Assembly: GCA_963675745.2 (NCBI GenBank)
Contig: CAXXWX010000026.1
Location: forward strand, 224,001-288,000
Source: Phycisphaerae bacterium
GTDB lineage: Bacteria > Planctomycetota > Phycisphaerae > UBA1845 > Fen-1342
Direction of reading: 5' to 3'
Length of the DNA stretch: 64,000 nucleotides
The position numbers and the translations under genes are program-made. The notes beneath the pieces were generated by a model. It saw only the letters and a program-made list of their open reading frames with translations. It did not search any database and was not told the origin of the DNA. Below, piece after piece: positions 53,236 to 61,859 of the stretch. Positions within the stretch are counted from its first letter, which is position 1. The number at the start of each line of letters is the position of its first letter.

Positions 53236-56178
53236 ATGAACTTCGGTGCCCGCATCGCCGACTTCTGCGTACGCAAATACGGGCTGGTAACCGCGGCCAT
53301 GCTGATCGTGACGCTGGTCATCGCCGCCGCAGCCGCCCTGCCGTCCATCTGGCCGACCGCCTTCCCGTTTCTGAGCGGCGTAACCGTCGACACCGATCCC
53401 GAGAACATGTTGTCGCACGATGAACCCGTGCGCGTCTTCCACGACCAGATGAAGAAAGAGCTCACGCTGCACGAGATCGTCGTGGTGGGCGTGGTGAACG
53501 AAGACCATCCCAACGGCGTCTTTAATGCGCAGTCGCTGAAACGCGTGTATGAGCTGACTGAGTTCGCCAAGACGCTTCAGTGGGAGGAGGACGGCGAGAC
53601 CGTCGGCGTGGTCACCGCCGATCTGATCGCGCCTTCGACCGTGGACAACATCGAACAGGGCGGATTGGGCACGGTGAAGTTCGAGTGGTTGATGCCCGAA
53701 CCGCCGGACACCGACGAGGCGGCCGAGGCGGTGCGCACCAAGGCACAACGGCTGCCGTTTCTGGATGGAACCCTGGTCTCTGAAGACGGCAAGGCGGTTT
53801 GCCTGTATCTGCCGTTGACCAGCAAGACGCTCAGTTATCGCGTATACAGCGAGCTTAAGAAGAAGATCGCGACTTTTGAGGGCGACGAACGTTATTACAT
53901 CACCGGACTGCCGGTGGCGGAGGATACTTTCGGCGTCGAGATGTTCATTCAGATGGCGGTGTCGGCGCCGGCCGCAATGCTGGTGATTTTCCTGCTGATG
54001 CTGCTGTTCTTCCGCCGGCTGGTGCTGGTCATCTCGCCGATGATCATCGCCATGGTCTCGGTGATCTTCACCATGGGGCTGCTGATCATCTGCGGATTCC
54101 CCGTACACATAATGAGCAGCATGATCCCGATTTTCATCATGCCGATCGCCGTGCTCGACGCGGTACACATCCTCAGCGAGTTCTTTGAGCGTTACCAGGC
54201 GACGCGCGACCGCCACCAGACCATCGTCACGGTCATCGACGAGTTGTTCATGCCGATGCTGTACACGTCGCTGACGTCGGCGGCGGGGTTCGCATCGCTG
54301 GCGTTGACACCGATCCCGCCCGTGCAGGTCTTCGGCGTGTTCGTGGCCGTGGGGATACTGGCGGCGTGGGTTTTGACGATCGTGTTTATGCCGGCGTATG
54401 TCATGTTCATCTCGCCGCGGGCGCTGGAATCGTTCGGGGCGGCACACGATGCGGCTACCGGCACGGCCGCGGCCGACACCTGGCTGGCGCGGCTGATGAA
54501 CTGGACGGCACGCGTGACATACGTGCGGGCCAAGCTGATTCTGGCGCTGTCGCTCGTCGTGCTGCTCGTCGCCGGCTACGGTATCAGCCGGATCGTAATC
54601 AACGACAACCCTGTGAAGTGGTTTGAGAAATCTCATGACATTCGTGTCGCCGACCGCGTTCTGAACGAGCACTTCGGCGGCACGTACATGGCGTATTTGG
54701 CACTGGAGGCTGCTGAGCAAGCGTTCAACGCCGGCGGCGACGCCGCCGATTTTGGCGCGCTGGCGGTGGCACGCGCAGACGAATTGAAGGCGGAACTGCC
54801 GAATGCCCCAACCGTTTTCGCCGAACTTAGCACGCTGGCGGCGGAGCTCTCAACCCAGGCGAACACGCGTGCCGCGTGGCTCGGCCGGTTGGCCGAAAGC
54901 GTCATGGCGCGCGCTGATGCGGCTGACGATGAGCTCGCATTCGCCTGGGAGGAAGCGGGCCTGTTCGTTGACGAGCAACGCCAACGCGCCGAAGTCTTCA
55001 AGGATCCCGAGGTGCTGCGCTACATGGCTGAGCTGCAGGACGTGATGCACGCCAGCGCGGTTGTCGGCAAGTCGAACTCGTTGGCGGATATCGTGAAGAC
55101 CGTACACCGCGCGCTGCTCGAAGGCGAGCAGAGCCAGTTTCGCATTCCCGAAAACCGGCGCATGGTCGCCGAATGCCTGATGCAGTTTCAGAACGGTCAC
55201 CGCCCCGACGATCTATGGCACTTCGTCACGCCCGACTATCGCACGTCGAGCCTGTGGGTACAGCTCACCAGCGGCGACAACCGCGACATGCGCAAGGTGG
55301 CCGACACGATCGACGCTTACGTGGCCGAGCATCCGCCGCCGGCGGGCATCACCCACCGTTGGTTCGGTCTGACGTACATCAATATTGAGTGGCAGCAGAA
55401 GATGGTGGGCGGCATGCTTCAGGCGTTCGCCGGCAGCTTCCTGGTGGTGTTCATCCTGATGGCGATCCTGTTCCGCTCGGCGCTGTGGGGCCTGCTGTCC
55501 ATGATCCCGCTGACGGTCACGATCGTGGCCATCTACGGCGCGGTGGGTCTGGTCGGCAAGTCGTACGACATGCCGGTGGCGGTGCTGTCGTCGCTGTCAC
55601 TCGGTCTGGCCGTCGACTTCGCCATCCACTTCCTGGCGCGCAGCCGTCGATATCACGAGGAGCACGGCACGTGGGAGCGCACCGTGCCGGTCGTCTTTGG
55701 CGAGCCGGCGCGGGCGATTATGCGTAACATCATCGTGATCGCCACCGGCTTCACGCCACTGCTGCTGGCGCCGCTCATGCCGTATAAGACGGTGGGCGTG
55801 CTGCTGGCCATCATCCTGCTGGTGTCAGGCGTGGCAACACTGCTGATTCTGCCGGCGGCGATCCGTGTGCTGGAAAGCCGGCTGTTCGTGACGAAAGGGA
55901 CCGATCGGCCCGGCCTGCAATTGTGTAACCTGTCTGGTGATCTCGCTCGCCGCGGTCTTGCTGATCGCCATTACGCTGCATCAGGCCGGCTTCAGTTACA
56001 GCCTGCTGACCTGGGCCGGCATCGTGGCCATACCGCTGATGGCCCTGACCTGTGGAGCGCTTTCACGCCGATCGGCGTGCCGGATGCTTGCGCCCGCGAA
56101 AGGAGAGTCAACATGAGCACGAACCTTGCTTCGCATCACGTTGATCACGGTGTGGCTGGCGACCGCGGTCTGCGCTGA
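53236..56178 (+). CDS. MMPL/RND-superfamily transporter with an apparent +1 frameshift near 55897 (corrected stop 56116)
   Basis: DTDPENML, IAVLDAVHILSEF, TSLTSAAGFASL, GLAVDFAIHFLAR; two TM bundles; AGGAG before ATG 53236. Confidence 0.9.
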   Translation: MNFGARIADFCVRKYGLVTAAMLIVTLVIAAAAALPSIWPTAFPFLSGVTVDTDPENMLSHDEPVRVFHDQMKKELTLHEIVVVGVVNEDHPNGVFNAQSLKRVYELTEFAKTLQWEEDGETVGVVTADLIAPSTVDNIEQGGLGTVKFEWLMPEPPDTDEAAEAVRTKAQRLPFLDGTLVSEDGKAVCLYLPLTSKTLSYRVYSELKKKIATFEGDERYYITGLPVAEDTFGVEMFIQMAVSAPAAMLVIFLLMLLFFRRLVLVISPMIIAMVSVIFTMGLLIICGFPVHIMSSMIPIFIMPIAVLDAVHILSEFFERYQATRDRHQTIVTVIDELFMPMLYTSLTSAAGFASLALTPIPPVQVFGVFVAVGILAAWVLTIVFMPAYVMFISPRALESFGAAHDAATGTAAADTWLARLMNWTARVTYVRAKLILALSLVVLLVAGYGISRIVINDNPVKWFEKSHDIRVADRVLNEHFGGTYMAYLALEAAEQAFNAGGDAADFGALAVARADELKAELPNAPTVFAELSTLAAELSTQANTRAAWLGRLAESVMARADAADDELAFAWEEAGLFVDEQRQRAEVFKDPEVLRYMAELQDVMHASAVVGKSNSLADIVKTVHRALLEGEQSQFRIPENRRMVAECLMQFQNGHRPDDLWHFVTPDYRTSSLWVQLTSGDNRDMRKVADTIDAYVAEHPPPAGITHRWFGLTYINIEWQQKMVGGMLQAFAGSFLVVFILMAILFRSALWGLLSMIPLTVTIVAIYGAVGLVGKSYDMPVAVLSSLSLGLAVDFAIHFLARSRRYHEEHGTWERTVPVVFGEPARAIMRNIIVIATGFTPLLLAPLMPYKTVGVLLAIILLVSGVATLLILPAAIRVLESRLFVTKGTDRPGLQLCNLSGDLARRGLADRHYAASGRLQLQPADLGRHRGHTADGPDLWSAFTPIGVPDACARERRVNMSTNLASHHVDHGVAGDRGLR

Positions 56179-56968
56179 CGAGCCGGCCACTGCCGAGCTG
56201 ACCGTGGACGAGATTGTCGCCAAGACCAACCGCGTTTCGTACTACCAGGGCGCCGACGGCCGCGCGCAGGTCGCGATGAAAATCGTTGACGCCCAGGGCC
56301 GTGAGCGCAACAGGGAATTCACGATCCTCAGATGGGACGAGCCGAAGGAAGGAACCACTGGCGACGAACACTGCGGCGACCAGCGCATGTACGTTTACTT
56401 CCATAAACCGGCCGACGTGAACAAGATGTCGTTTCTCGTCTGGAAGCACCTGGACAAGGACGACGACCGCTGGTTGTATCTGCCCGCGCTGGATTTGGTA
56501 AAGCGGATATCCGCCGCCGACAAGCGGACCAGCTTCGTCGGCTCTCACTTCTTCTATGAAGACGTCTCGGGCCGGCATATCGATGACGATCACCACGAGC
56601 TGGTCGAGACAACGAAGAACTACTACGTGCTCAAGAACACCCCCAAGGATCCCAAGCCCGTGGAGTTCAAGTACTTCAAGATGTGGATTGCGAAGGGCTC
56701 ATTCGTCGTCGTCCGTACGCGGTTCTTCGACAAGGACCCCGAAGCGGACGGCAGCGATCCACCGCCTTACCGCACTTACGAAGTGCCCGCGGACGGCTTC
56801 AAGATGATCCAGGGATATCCCACGATCGTGAAATCAACCATGACCGACCACCGCACAGGCGGGCACACCGATCTGGAATACAAAGATGTCAGCTACGATA
56901 TCGGCCTGCCGGACGAGATCTTCAGCGAGCGGTATCTGCGCAAGCCGCCGCGGAAATACCTGCGCTGA
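56126..56968 (+). CDS. Outer-membrane lipoprotein-sorting (LolA-like/DUF1329) protein; the true start is probably ATG 56113 across a 1-nt indel
   Basis: F.KPADV..MSFLVW, DDDRWLYLPALDLVKRI, SFVGSHFFYED, IFSERYL; typical partner of MMPL genes. Confidence 0.9.
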   Translation: MLRITLITVWLATAVCADEPATAELTVDEIVAKTNRVSYYQGADGRAQVAMKIVDAQGRERNREFTILRWDEPKEGTTGDEHCGDQRMYVYFHKPADVNKMSFLVWKHLDKDDDRWLYLPALDLVKRISAADKRTSFVGSHFFYEDVSGRHIDDDHHELVETTKNYYVLKNTPKDPKPVEFKYFKMWIAKGSFVVVRTRFFDKDPEADGSDPPPYRTYEVPADGFKMIQGYPTIVKSTMTDHRTGGHTDLEYKDVSYDIGLPDEIFSERYLRKPPRKYLR

Positions 56969-56988
56969 CCGCATCGTCGCGGAAGCCA

Positions 56989-57022
56989 CATGCCGACGCG
57001 AACAGTCGTCGGCATGCCACCC
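56989..57022. repeat. REP-like palindrome, inverted copy of the 18168/18213 unit
   Basis: Reverse complement GGGTGGCATGCCGACGACTGTTCGCGTCGGCATG has 3 mismatches over 34 nt to the copy at 18171. Confidence 0.85.
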
Positions 57023-58164
57023 TACAGGGCGTTTTCAATCAGCTCGCAGACGCGGCGGCTGGCGCTGGTGTCTTCCAGCGGGCGCACCACCTCGTCAATC
57101 TGACGGACCATCAGCTCGCGCCATGGCTGGTCGCCCAGAAGCTGGCCGGCAACGTCGGCGATGGGTCTCAGGTCGCGAATAAACGGCATGAATTCGGGCA
57201 CCACTCGCCGCTGTCCGAGAATATTCACCAGCGACAAGTGCGGGAGATTGATCATCAAACGCCCCGCCACGCGGTAGGGCCAATACAACAGCCGACCGGC
57301 ATCGTACATGACAATCATCGGCTTGCGGTAATGCGCCACATGCAACGTGGCGGTTCCCGAGGCGGTCAATACCAGGTCGGCGGCGGTGAGAAGACTGGCG
57401 TTGTCCGCCACGACGACTTCCGCCGCCACATCCTCCTCATGCAGACACACGCGAATCTGCTCCTCGCGATCGGGGGCCACACACGAGACAATCGGCCTGA
57501 TGTCATGTCCCATAGCGCTCAGGCGGCGAATAATCCCAAGCTGCAACGGCAACATGGTGGCGATCACGTGCCGACGGGAGCCCGGCAGCAGTGCGACAAT
57601 CGGCCGCGCGGCCGCACGCCAGTCGGCGATGCGCCGCTCATCGGGCTGTTCGTCACGCAGCGTCTCGAACAGCGGGTGGCCGACAAACTCGGCGCGAATG
57701 TTGTGCCCGCGAAAGTACGCCTCTTCGAAGGGCAGAATGCAGGCCACCTGGTCCACGTACTTGCGAAGCTGGGTGTTGCGCCACGGCCGCGAGGCCCAGG
57801 TCTGCGGCGCTATGTAATAGAGAACCTTGAGACCGAGGCGATGAGCGCGCTTGGCCATGCGCAGATGGAGAGCCGACGAGTCCATCACGACCACGACGTC
57901 CGGGCGTCGTCGCCGCCATGCCTCTTCCGCCGCACGCAGCGCTCGGCGGGCCGTGCCGACAAGTTTGACCACTCCGGCCAGCATGGCGGCGTGTTGCGCG
58001 AAATCAAAGACCGTTTCGGCGCCGGCGTCGCGCATGCGCGGCCCGGTCAAGCCTTGAAACCGCCAGTCGGCGTGCAGCTCGGCGGCCGTTCGCATCAGCC
58101 GCGCCGCGTGTACATCCGCGGAATCCTCGGCGACGGATATGAAGATGTGCGGGCCTTCAGGCAC
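57022..58164 (-). CDS. lpxB: Lipid-A-disaccharide synthase
   Basis: FISVAEDSAD, YYIAPQTWA, ILPFE, FVGHPL, LLPGSR, ASGTATL, SLVNIL..VVPE. GTG start at 58164 follows GGAGG. Confidence 0.93.
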   Translation of the reverse strand: MPEGPHIFISVAEDSADVHAARLMRTAAELHADWRFQGLTGPRMRDAGAETVFDFAQHAAMLAGVVKLVGTARRALRAAEEAWRRRRPDVVVVMDSSALHLRMAKRAHRLGLKVLYYIAPQTWASRPWRNTQLRKYVDQVACILPFEEAYFRGHNIRAEFVGHPLFETLRDEQPDERRIADWRAAARPIVALLPGSRRHVIATMLPLQLGIIRRLSAMGHDIRPIVSCVAPDREEQIRVCLHEEDVAAEVVVADNASLLTAADLVLTASGTATLHVAHYRKPMIVMYDAGRLLYWPYRVAGRLMINLPHLSLVNILGQRRVVPEFMPFIRDLRPIADVAGQLLGDQPWRELMVRQIDEVVRPLEDTSASRRVCELIENAL

Positions 58165-58246
58165 CGCCAATTCCTCCGTCGGTGTTTCCGCGTGGTGGGC
58201 GGCGGCCCGGTACACGAGGCCCGTGGTGTCCGGCGCCGCCGACGAA

Positions 58247-58365
58247 GCAGCCTGCGCCGCCAACGTAGCGGCCTGCGCCACCAATGTAGCGGCCTGCGCC
58301 TCGCAGGCCGTCGGTGTGAAGAGCCGCTTCCAACGCGCTACGGCCGGCGGGGCGCCGGCCGCTAC
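58247..58365. repeat. GTAG-type REP doublet preceded by two 21-nt tandem partial copies
   Basis: GCAGCCTGCGCCGCCAACGTA and GCGGCCTGCGCCACCAATGTA, then GTAG-CGGCCTGCGCCTCGCAGGCCG ... CGGCCGGCGGGGCGCCGGCCG-CTAC. Confidence 0.85.
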
Positions 58366-58424
58366 GCTGTTTGACCGCGTGTACCACACCGACGCCGAAT
58401 TGCCCGGGCGCGACCGGCGGCGTG

Positions 58425-59456
58425 CTACTCCTCGCCATCATCGGCGCCCGGCTTCGTGGGCTTGTCCGGTGCAACATCAACCTGCTCGCCACCACTGTCA
58501 ACGTTGGCCTTGGTGTAGATCCGGGTCGGCAGCGTGATGCGCCTGGGCACCTCCTTGCCGTTCAGGATATCCACGGCGACATCCAGCCCCTTCTCGCCAG
58601 GCGTCGGATAGGCAACCGTGGCGGCCAATTCGCCGGTCTTTACCCAGCGAATCCCCTCATCGGGCAGCGAATCTATGCCGACGATCTTGATTTCATTCTG
58701 GCGGTCGGCGGATTTGGCTGCCAGGTAAGCGCCATGGCCCATCGGGTCGTTGTGCGCATACACGACGTCAATGCGCTCGTGGGCCTTCAGGGCCGCCGCA
58801 AACAGCGTCTGGGCCACGTCTTTCTTCCAGTCGGCGTCAAGGCCGCCAAGAACCTCGATACCCTTCTCCTTATCGATGAGCTCGTGGAAGCCCGCGCGGC
58901 GTTCCTGGCCGGGGGTGGAAGCCAGCCCGCCACAGATTTCATAAACGACACCCTCGGCCTTTCCCGGACCGCCGAGCAGGTTGACGATGTACATGCCGGC
59001 GGCGCGGCCGATGACTTTGTTGTCACTGCCGACAAAGCAGTTGTAGCCCTTGAAATTGACGTCACGATCAAGCACGACAACGGGAATGCCTGCTTCGACG
59101 GCTTCCTTTACGACCCCGGTGAGTCCGGGGGCCTCTTTGGGGCTGACCAGGATGGCGTCAACGCCACGCCGAATGAAAGTGCGCATCTGGGCGACCTGCA
59201 CCTCGGTCTTGTCGTTGGCGTCGAGCACCTCGAGCCTGACGTCGGGGTGGTTCTTCTTTGCGTGATCCACCAGACGCCGATTGAACTCGACGCGCCACGG
59301 TTCCTTCACCGTACACTGCGAGAATCCGATGACGTAGCGCTCTTCGGCGAAGGCCCACCCCGGACCAATGCTGGCAAACGCCATCAGCGCCAGCGCGGCG
59401 CAGGGCATGACAAGTGAGCTGAGTTGTGACCTGTAGGCGTTTTTGCGCGATTTCAT
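58425..59456 (-). CDS. Sugar ABC transporter substrate-binding protein (RbsB-like)
   Basis: IGFSQ..EPWR, GIPVVVLDR, VGSDN..IG, YAHNDPMG, IVGID, YPTPG. Confidence 0.92.
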   Translation of the reverse strand: MKSRKNAYRSQLSSLVMPCAALALMAFASIGPGWAFAEERYVIGFSQCTVKEPWRVEFNRRLVDHAKKNHPDVRLEVLDANDKTEVQVAQMRTFIRRGVDAILVSPKEAPGLTGVVKEAVEAGIPVVVLDRDVNFKGYNCFVGSDNKVIGRAAGMYIVNLLGGPGKAEGVVYEICGGLASTPGQERRAGFHELIDKEKGIEVLGGLDADWKKDVAQTLFAAALKAHERIDVVYAHNDPMGHGAYLAAKSADRQNEIKIVGIDSLPDEGIRWVKTGELAATVAYPTPGEKGLDVAVDILNGKEVPRRITLPTRIYTKANVDSGGEQVDVAPDKPTKPGADDGEE

Positions 59457-59532
59457 ATAGTGCCCTCGTGAACAGCCGTGAGTCGTAGTCTGGCTCGGCC
59501 CACAGCGCGGCGAAGCAGCCGCCGCGCCCATT

Positions 59533-60891
59533 TCATGTACCGAGGCGTACAGTGCGGCGCATCGATGTCATCAAACCGCCCAGCCCTCCAGTCTGGATGG
59601 CGGCGGCGCCGACTATGATAATGCCCTTCAGGATTTCCTGAATCTCGCTTGAAACCGAACGCAGGTTCAGGATGTTGGTCAGGTAGCCGAAGATCATCAC
59701 ACCGACCAGCGTGCCGAAAATGCTGCCGCGCCCCCCCATCAAGCTCGTGCCGCCTATGACCACCGCGGCGATCGCGTCAAGTTCCATCATCTGGCCCGCG
59801 TCGGCCTTGCCCTGCATGTACTTGGCGCAGTAGAGCACGGCGGCCACGCCCGCCAGCATTCCGCTGGCCGTATAGACGAAAACCTTGATCTGTGCCGTGC
59901 GGATGCCCGAAAGCCGGGCGGCCTCCTCGTTTCCGCCGACGGCGTATATGTGCCGGCCGAGCGGCAGCTTGTGGAGCAGAAACGCGACCAGCAGCCAGCA
60001 CCCGATGAAGATCAGCCCGGGCAAGGGAATCAGCTTCACGCTGCGGACATTACCGCTGCGCTGCGTCACGGTCCCGACTTCGAGCAGCTTCAGGTTGCCA
60101 AGCCGTTCGAACGAGGGCGGCGCCCCGGCCACCTCGACCTCTCTGGTTTGCTCATTCTCGTACGCGGTGTAGATCGTGTGAATGCGACCGCCGTCTCCGG
60201 CGATCCACTTGGCCAGTCCGACCGCCAGAATCATCATGGCCAGTGTGACGATAAAGGGCTGGAGCCGGGTGCGCGCGATGATCAGCCCACTGGCCATACC
60301 CAGCAGCCCCCCAACCGGTGGAACGACCAGTGCCACGCCGAGCGTCGTGAATCCATCCGTCAGATAGCCGCGGGCAACCTGCACCACCAGACACGCCACG
60401 ATCACGGAGACCCCGACCGCGACAGTGACACCCAGCGGCGTCAACCGTGGCCGCCTCCCCAGCGCCCGCACCATCGGTGAGACAATCAGCCACGCGATTA
60501 GGCCGCCGAAGATCGCCAGCGCGGGCAACAGGATCAGGTGGGCGCGCGTAAACGTCCCGCCGAGAGCACCGTCGGCGTCAAAATCCGGCGGCATGATCAG
60601 CATGGCGCACACCACCGTGCAGAGCGAGAGCACGCTGCCAACCGACAGGTCAATCCCCGCGGTCAGGATGACGAGCGTCATGCCCACCGCCAGAATGCCG
60701 TTGATCGCCACGAACTCGAGCACATCACGTTGATTGTCGACGGTGAGAAACTGCGGGTGCAGAAAGACACCGGCGGCGAAGATGATCCCGAGCGCGATCA
60801 GCAACGTGAGCTGCCGGAGAAACACGCCGGGCCTGAACAAATGGCGCTTCGCCGACGAGGTATCCGCGATCTGTGGGCTTCCCGTGGGCAT
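59533..60891 (-). CDS. Sugar ABC transporter permease (RbsC-like), enlarged
   Basis: GMTLVILTAGIDLSVGS, PFIVTLAM, GRHIYAVGGNEEAARLSGI, ELDAIAAVVIGGTSL.GG.G. Confidence 0.92.
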   Translation of the reverse strand: MPTGSPQIADTSSAKRHLFRPGVFLRQLTLLIALGIIFAAGVFLHPQFLTVDNQRDVLEFVAINGILAVGMTLVILTAGIDLSVGSVLSLCTVVCAMLIMPPDFDADGALGGTFTRAHLILLPALAIFGGLIAWLIVSPMVRALGRRPRLTPLGVTVAVGVSVIVACLVVQVARGYLTDGFTTLGVALVVPPVGGLLGMASGLIIARTRLQPFIVTLAMMILAVGLAKWIAGDGGRIHTIYTAYENEQTREVEVAGAPPSFERLGNLKLLEVGTVTQRSGNVRSVKLIPLPGLIFIGCWLLVAFLLHKLPLGRHIYAVGGNEEAARLSGIRTAQIKVFVYTASGMLAGVAAVLYCAKYMQGKADAGQMMELDAIAAVVIGGTSLMGGRGSIFGTLVGVMIFGYLTNILNLRSVSSEIQEILKGIIIVGAAAIQTGGLGGLMTSMRRTVRLGT

Positions 60892-61025
60892 CGTCAGCGC
60901 GAGAGAGTAGCCGCAACTTCGGGCGGCGGCAACGCCGCGCCGGGCCGCCAATTGGACGGCGGGGCGCTAAACGCGTAAGTTGTCGAGGCGCGCTGTTGAC
61001 GAAGCTGCCGGTAGAGACAATCGCC

Positions 61026-61805
61026 ATGATCCACGAATGGAACCTGACCGAGACAAACCTGCATCGCATCTCGCAGCGGAAGTACGAAGTCGCCGTGCTG
61101 CCCGTCGGCGCGACCGAGGCGCACAACCGCCACCTGCCACAGGGTGAGGACGTGCTCGACGCCACGCACGTCGCCCGGCGCTGCTGTGAGTTGGCGTGGC
61201 CGGCGTGCGAGTCCGTCATCTGTTTGCCAACGCTGCCCTATGGCGTTGACTGCAACCTGATGGCGTTTCCCTTGTCGATCCATGTTTCGCAGGCAACACT
61301 CGACGCGATCGTGCGCGAGATCATCATCGCCCTGCACAAGCACGGCATTCGCAAGATTGTGATTGTCAACGCGCACGGCGGTAACAACTTCGGCCCCCTG
61401 GTGCGACAGATTCAGTGCGATCTGCCCGTACACGTGTTCCTCTGCAACTGGTGGCTGATCGGAAAGGACCAGTACGACGCCATCTTCGATACGCCCGACG
61501 ATCACGCGGGCCAATGGGAGACATCCATCGCGCTGGCGCTGCACCCGGAACTAGTCGAGACGGAAGTCGCGGGCGACGGCCACATGCCCCCGTTTCGTTT
61601 CGAGGCGCTGAAAAATGGCTGGGTCGTCACGAGTCGCGACTTCGCGCGGCTCAATGATCATTGCGCCGCCGGAAACCCGGCCGGTGCCTCGGCCGACAAG
61701 GGTCGGCGGTATCTCGACCTCGCCTGCAAGCGGCTCAGCGCGTTTCTGGTAGAGCTCGCCCAGACCCCCATCGACCAACACTTCCCACACATTCCCACAC
61801 CCTGA
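61026..61805 (+). CDS. Creatininase-family amidohydrolase
   Basis: LPVGATEAHNRHLP, VNAHGGN, DHAGQWETS, ASADKG. ATG start at 61026. Confidence 0.92.
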   Translation: MIHEWNLTETNLHRISQRKYEVAVLPVGATEAHNRHLPQGEDVLDATHVARRCCELAWPACESVICLPTLPYGVDCNLMAFPLSIHVSQATLDAIVREIIIALHKHGIRKIVIVNAHGGNNFGPLVRQIQCDLPVHVFLCNWWLIGKDQYDAIFDTPDDHAGQWETSIALALHPELVETEVAGDGHMPPFRFEALKNGWVVTSRDFARLNDHCAAGNPAGASADKGRRYLDLACKRLSAFLVELAQTPIDQHFPHIPTP

Positions 61806-61859
61806 GCAAACGTGCATGTGCACCGGCGCCGCAATGGCATCGCCGGCCCGCGTGCCCAG

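Noticed and set aside
53022..53570. N-terminal extensions of the ORFs 50925-53570 and 53137-56178
   Set aside because: They would overlap head-to-head. SD-supported starts at 53021 (-) and 53236 (+) give sensible proteins.
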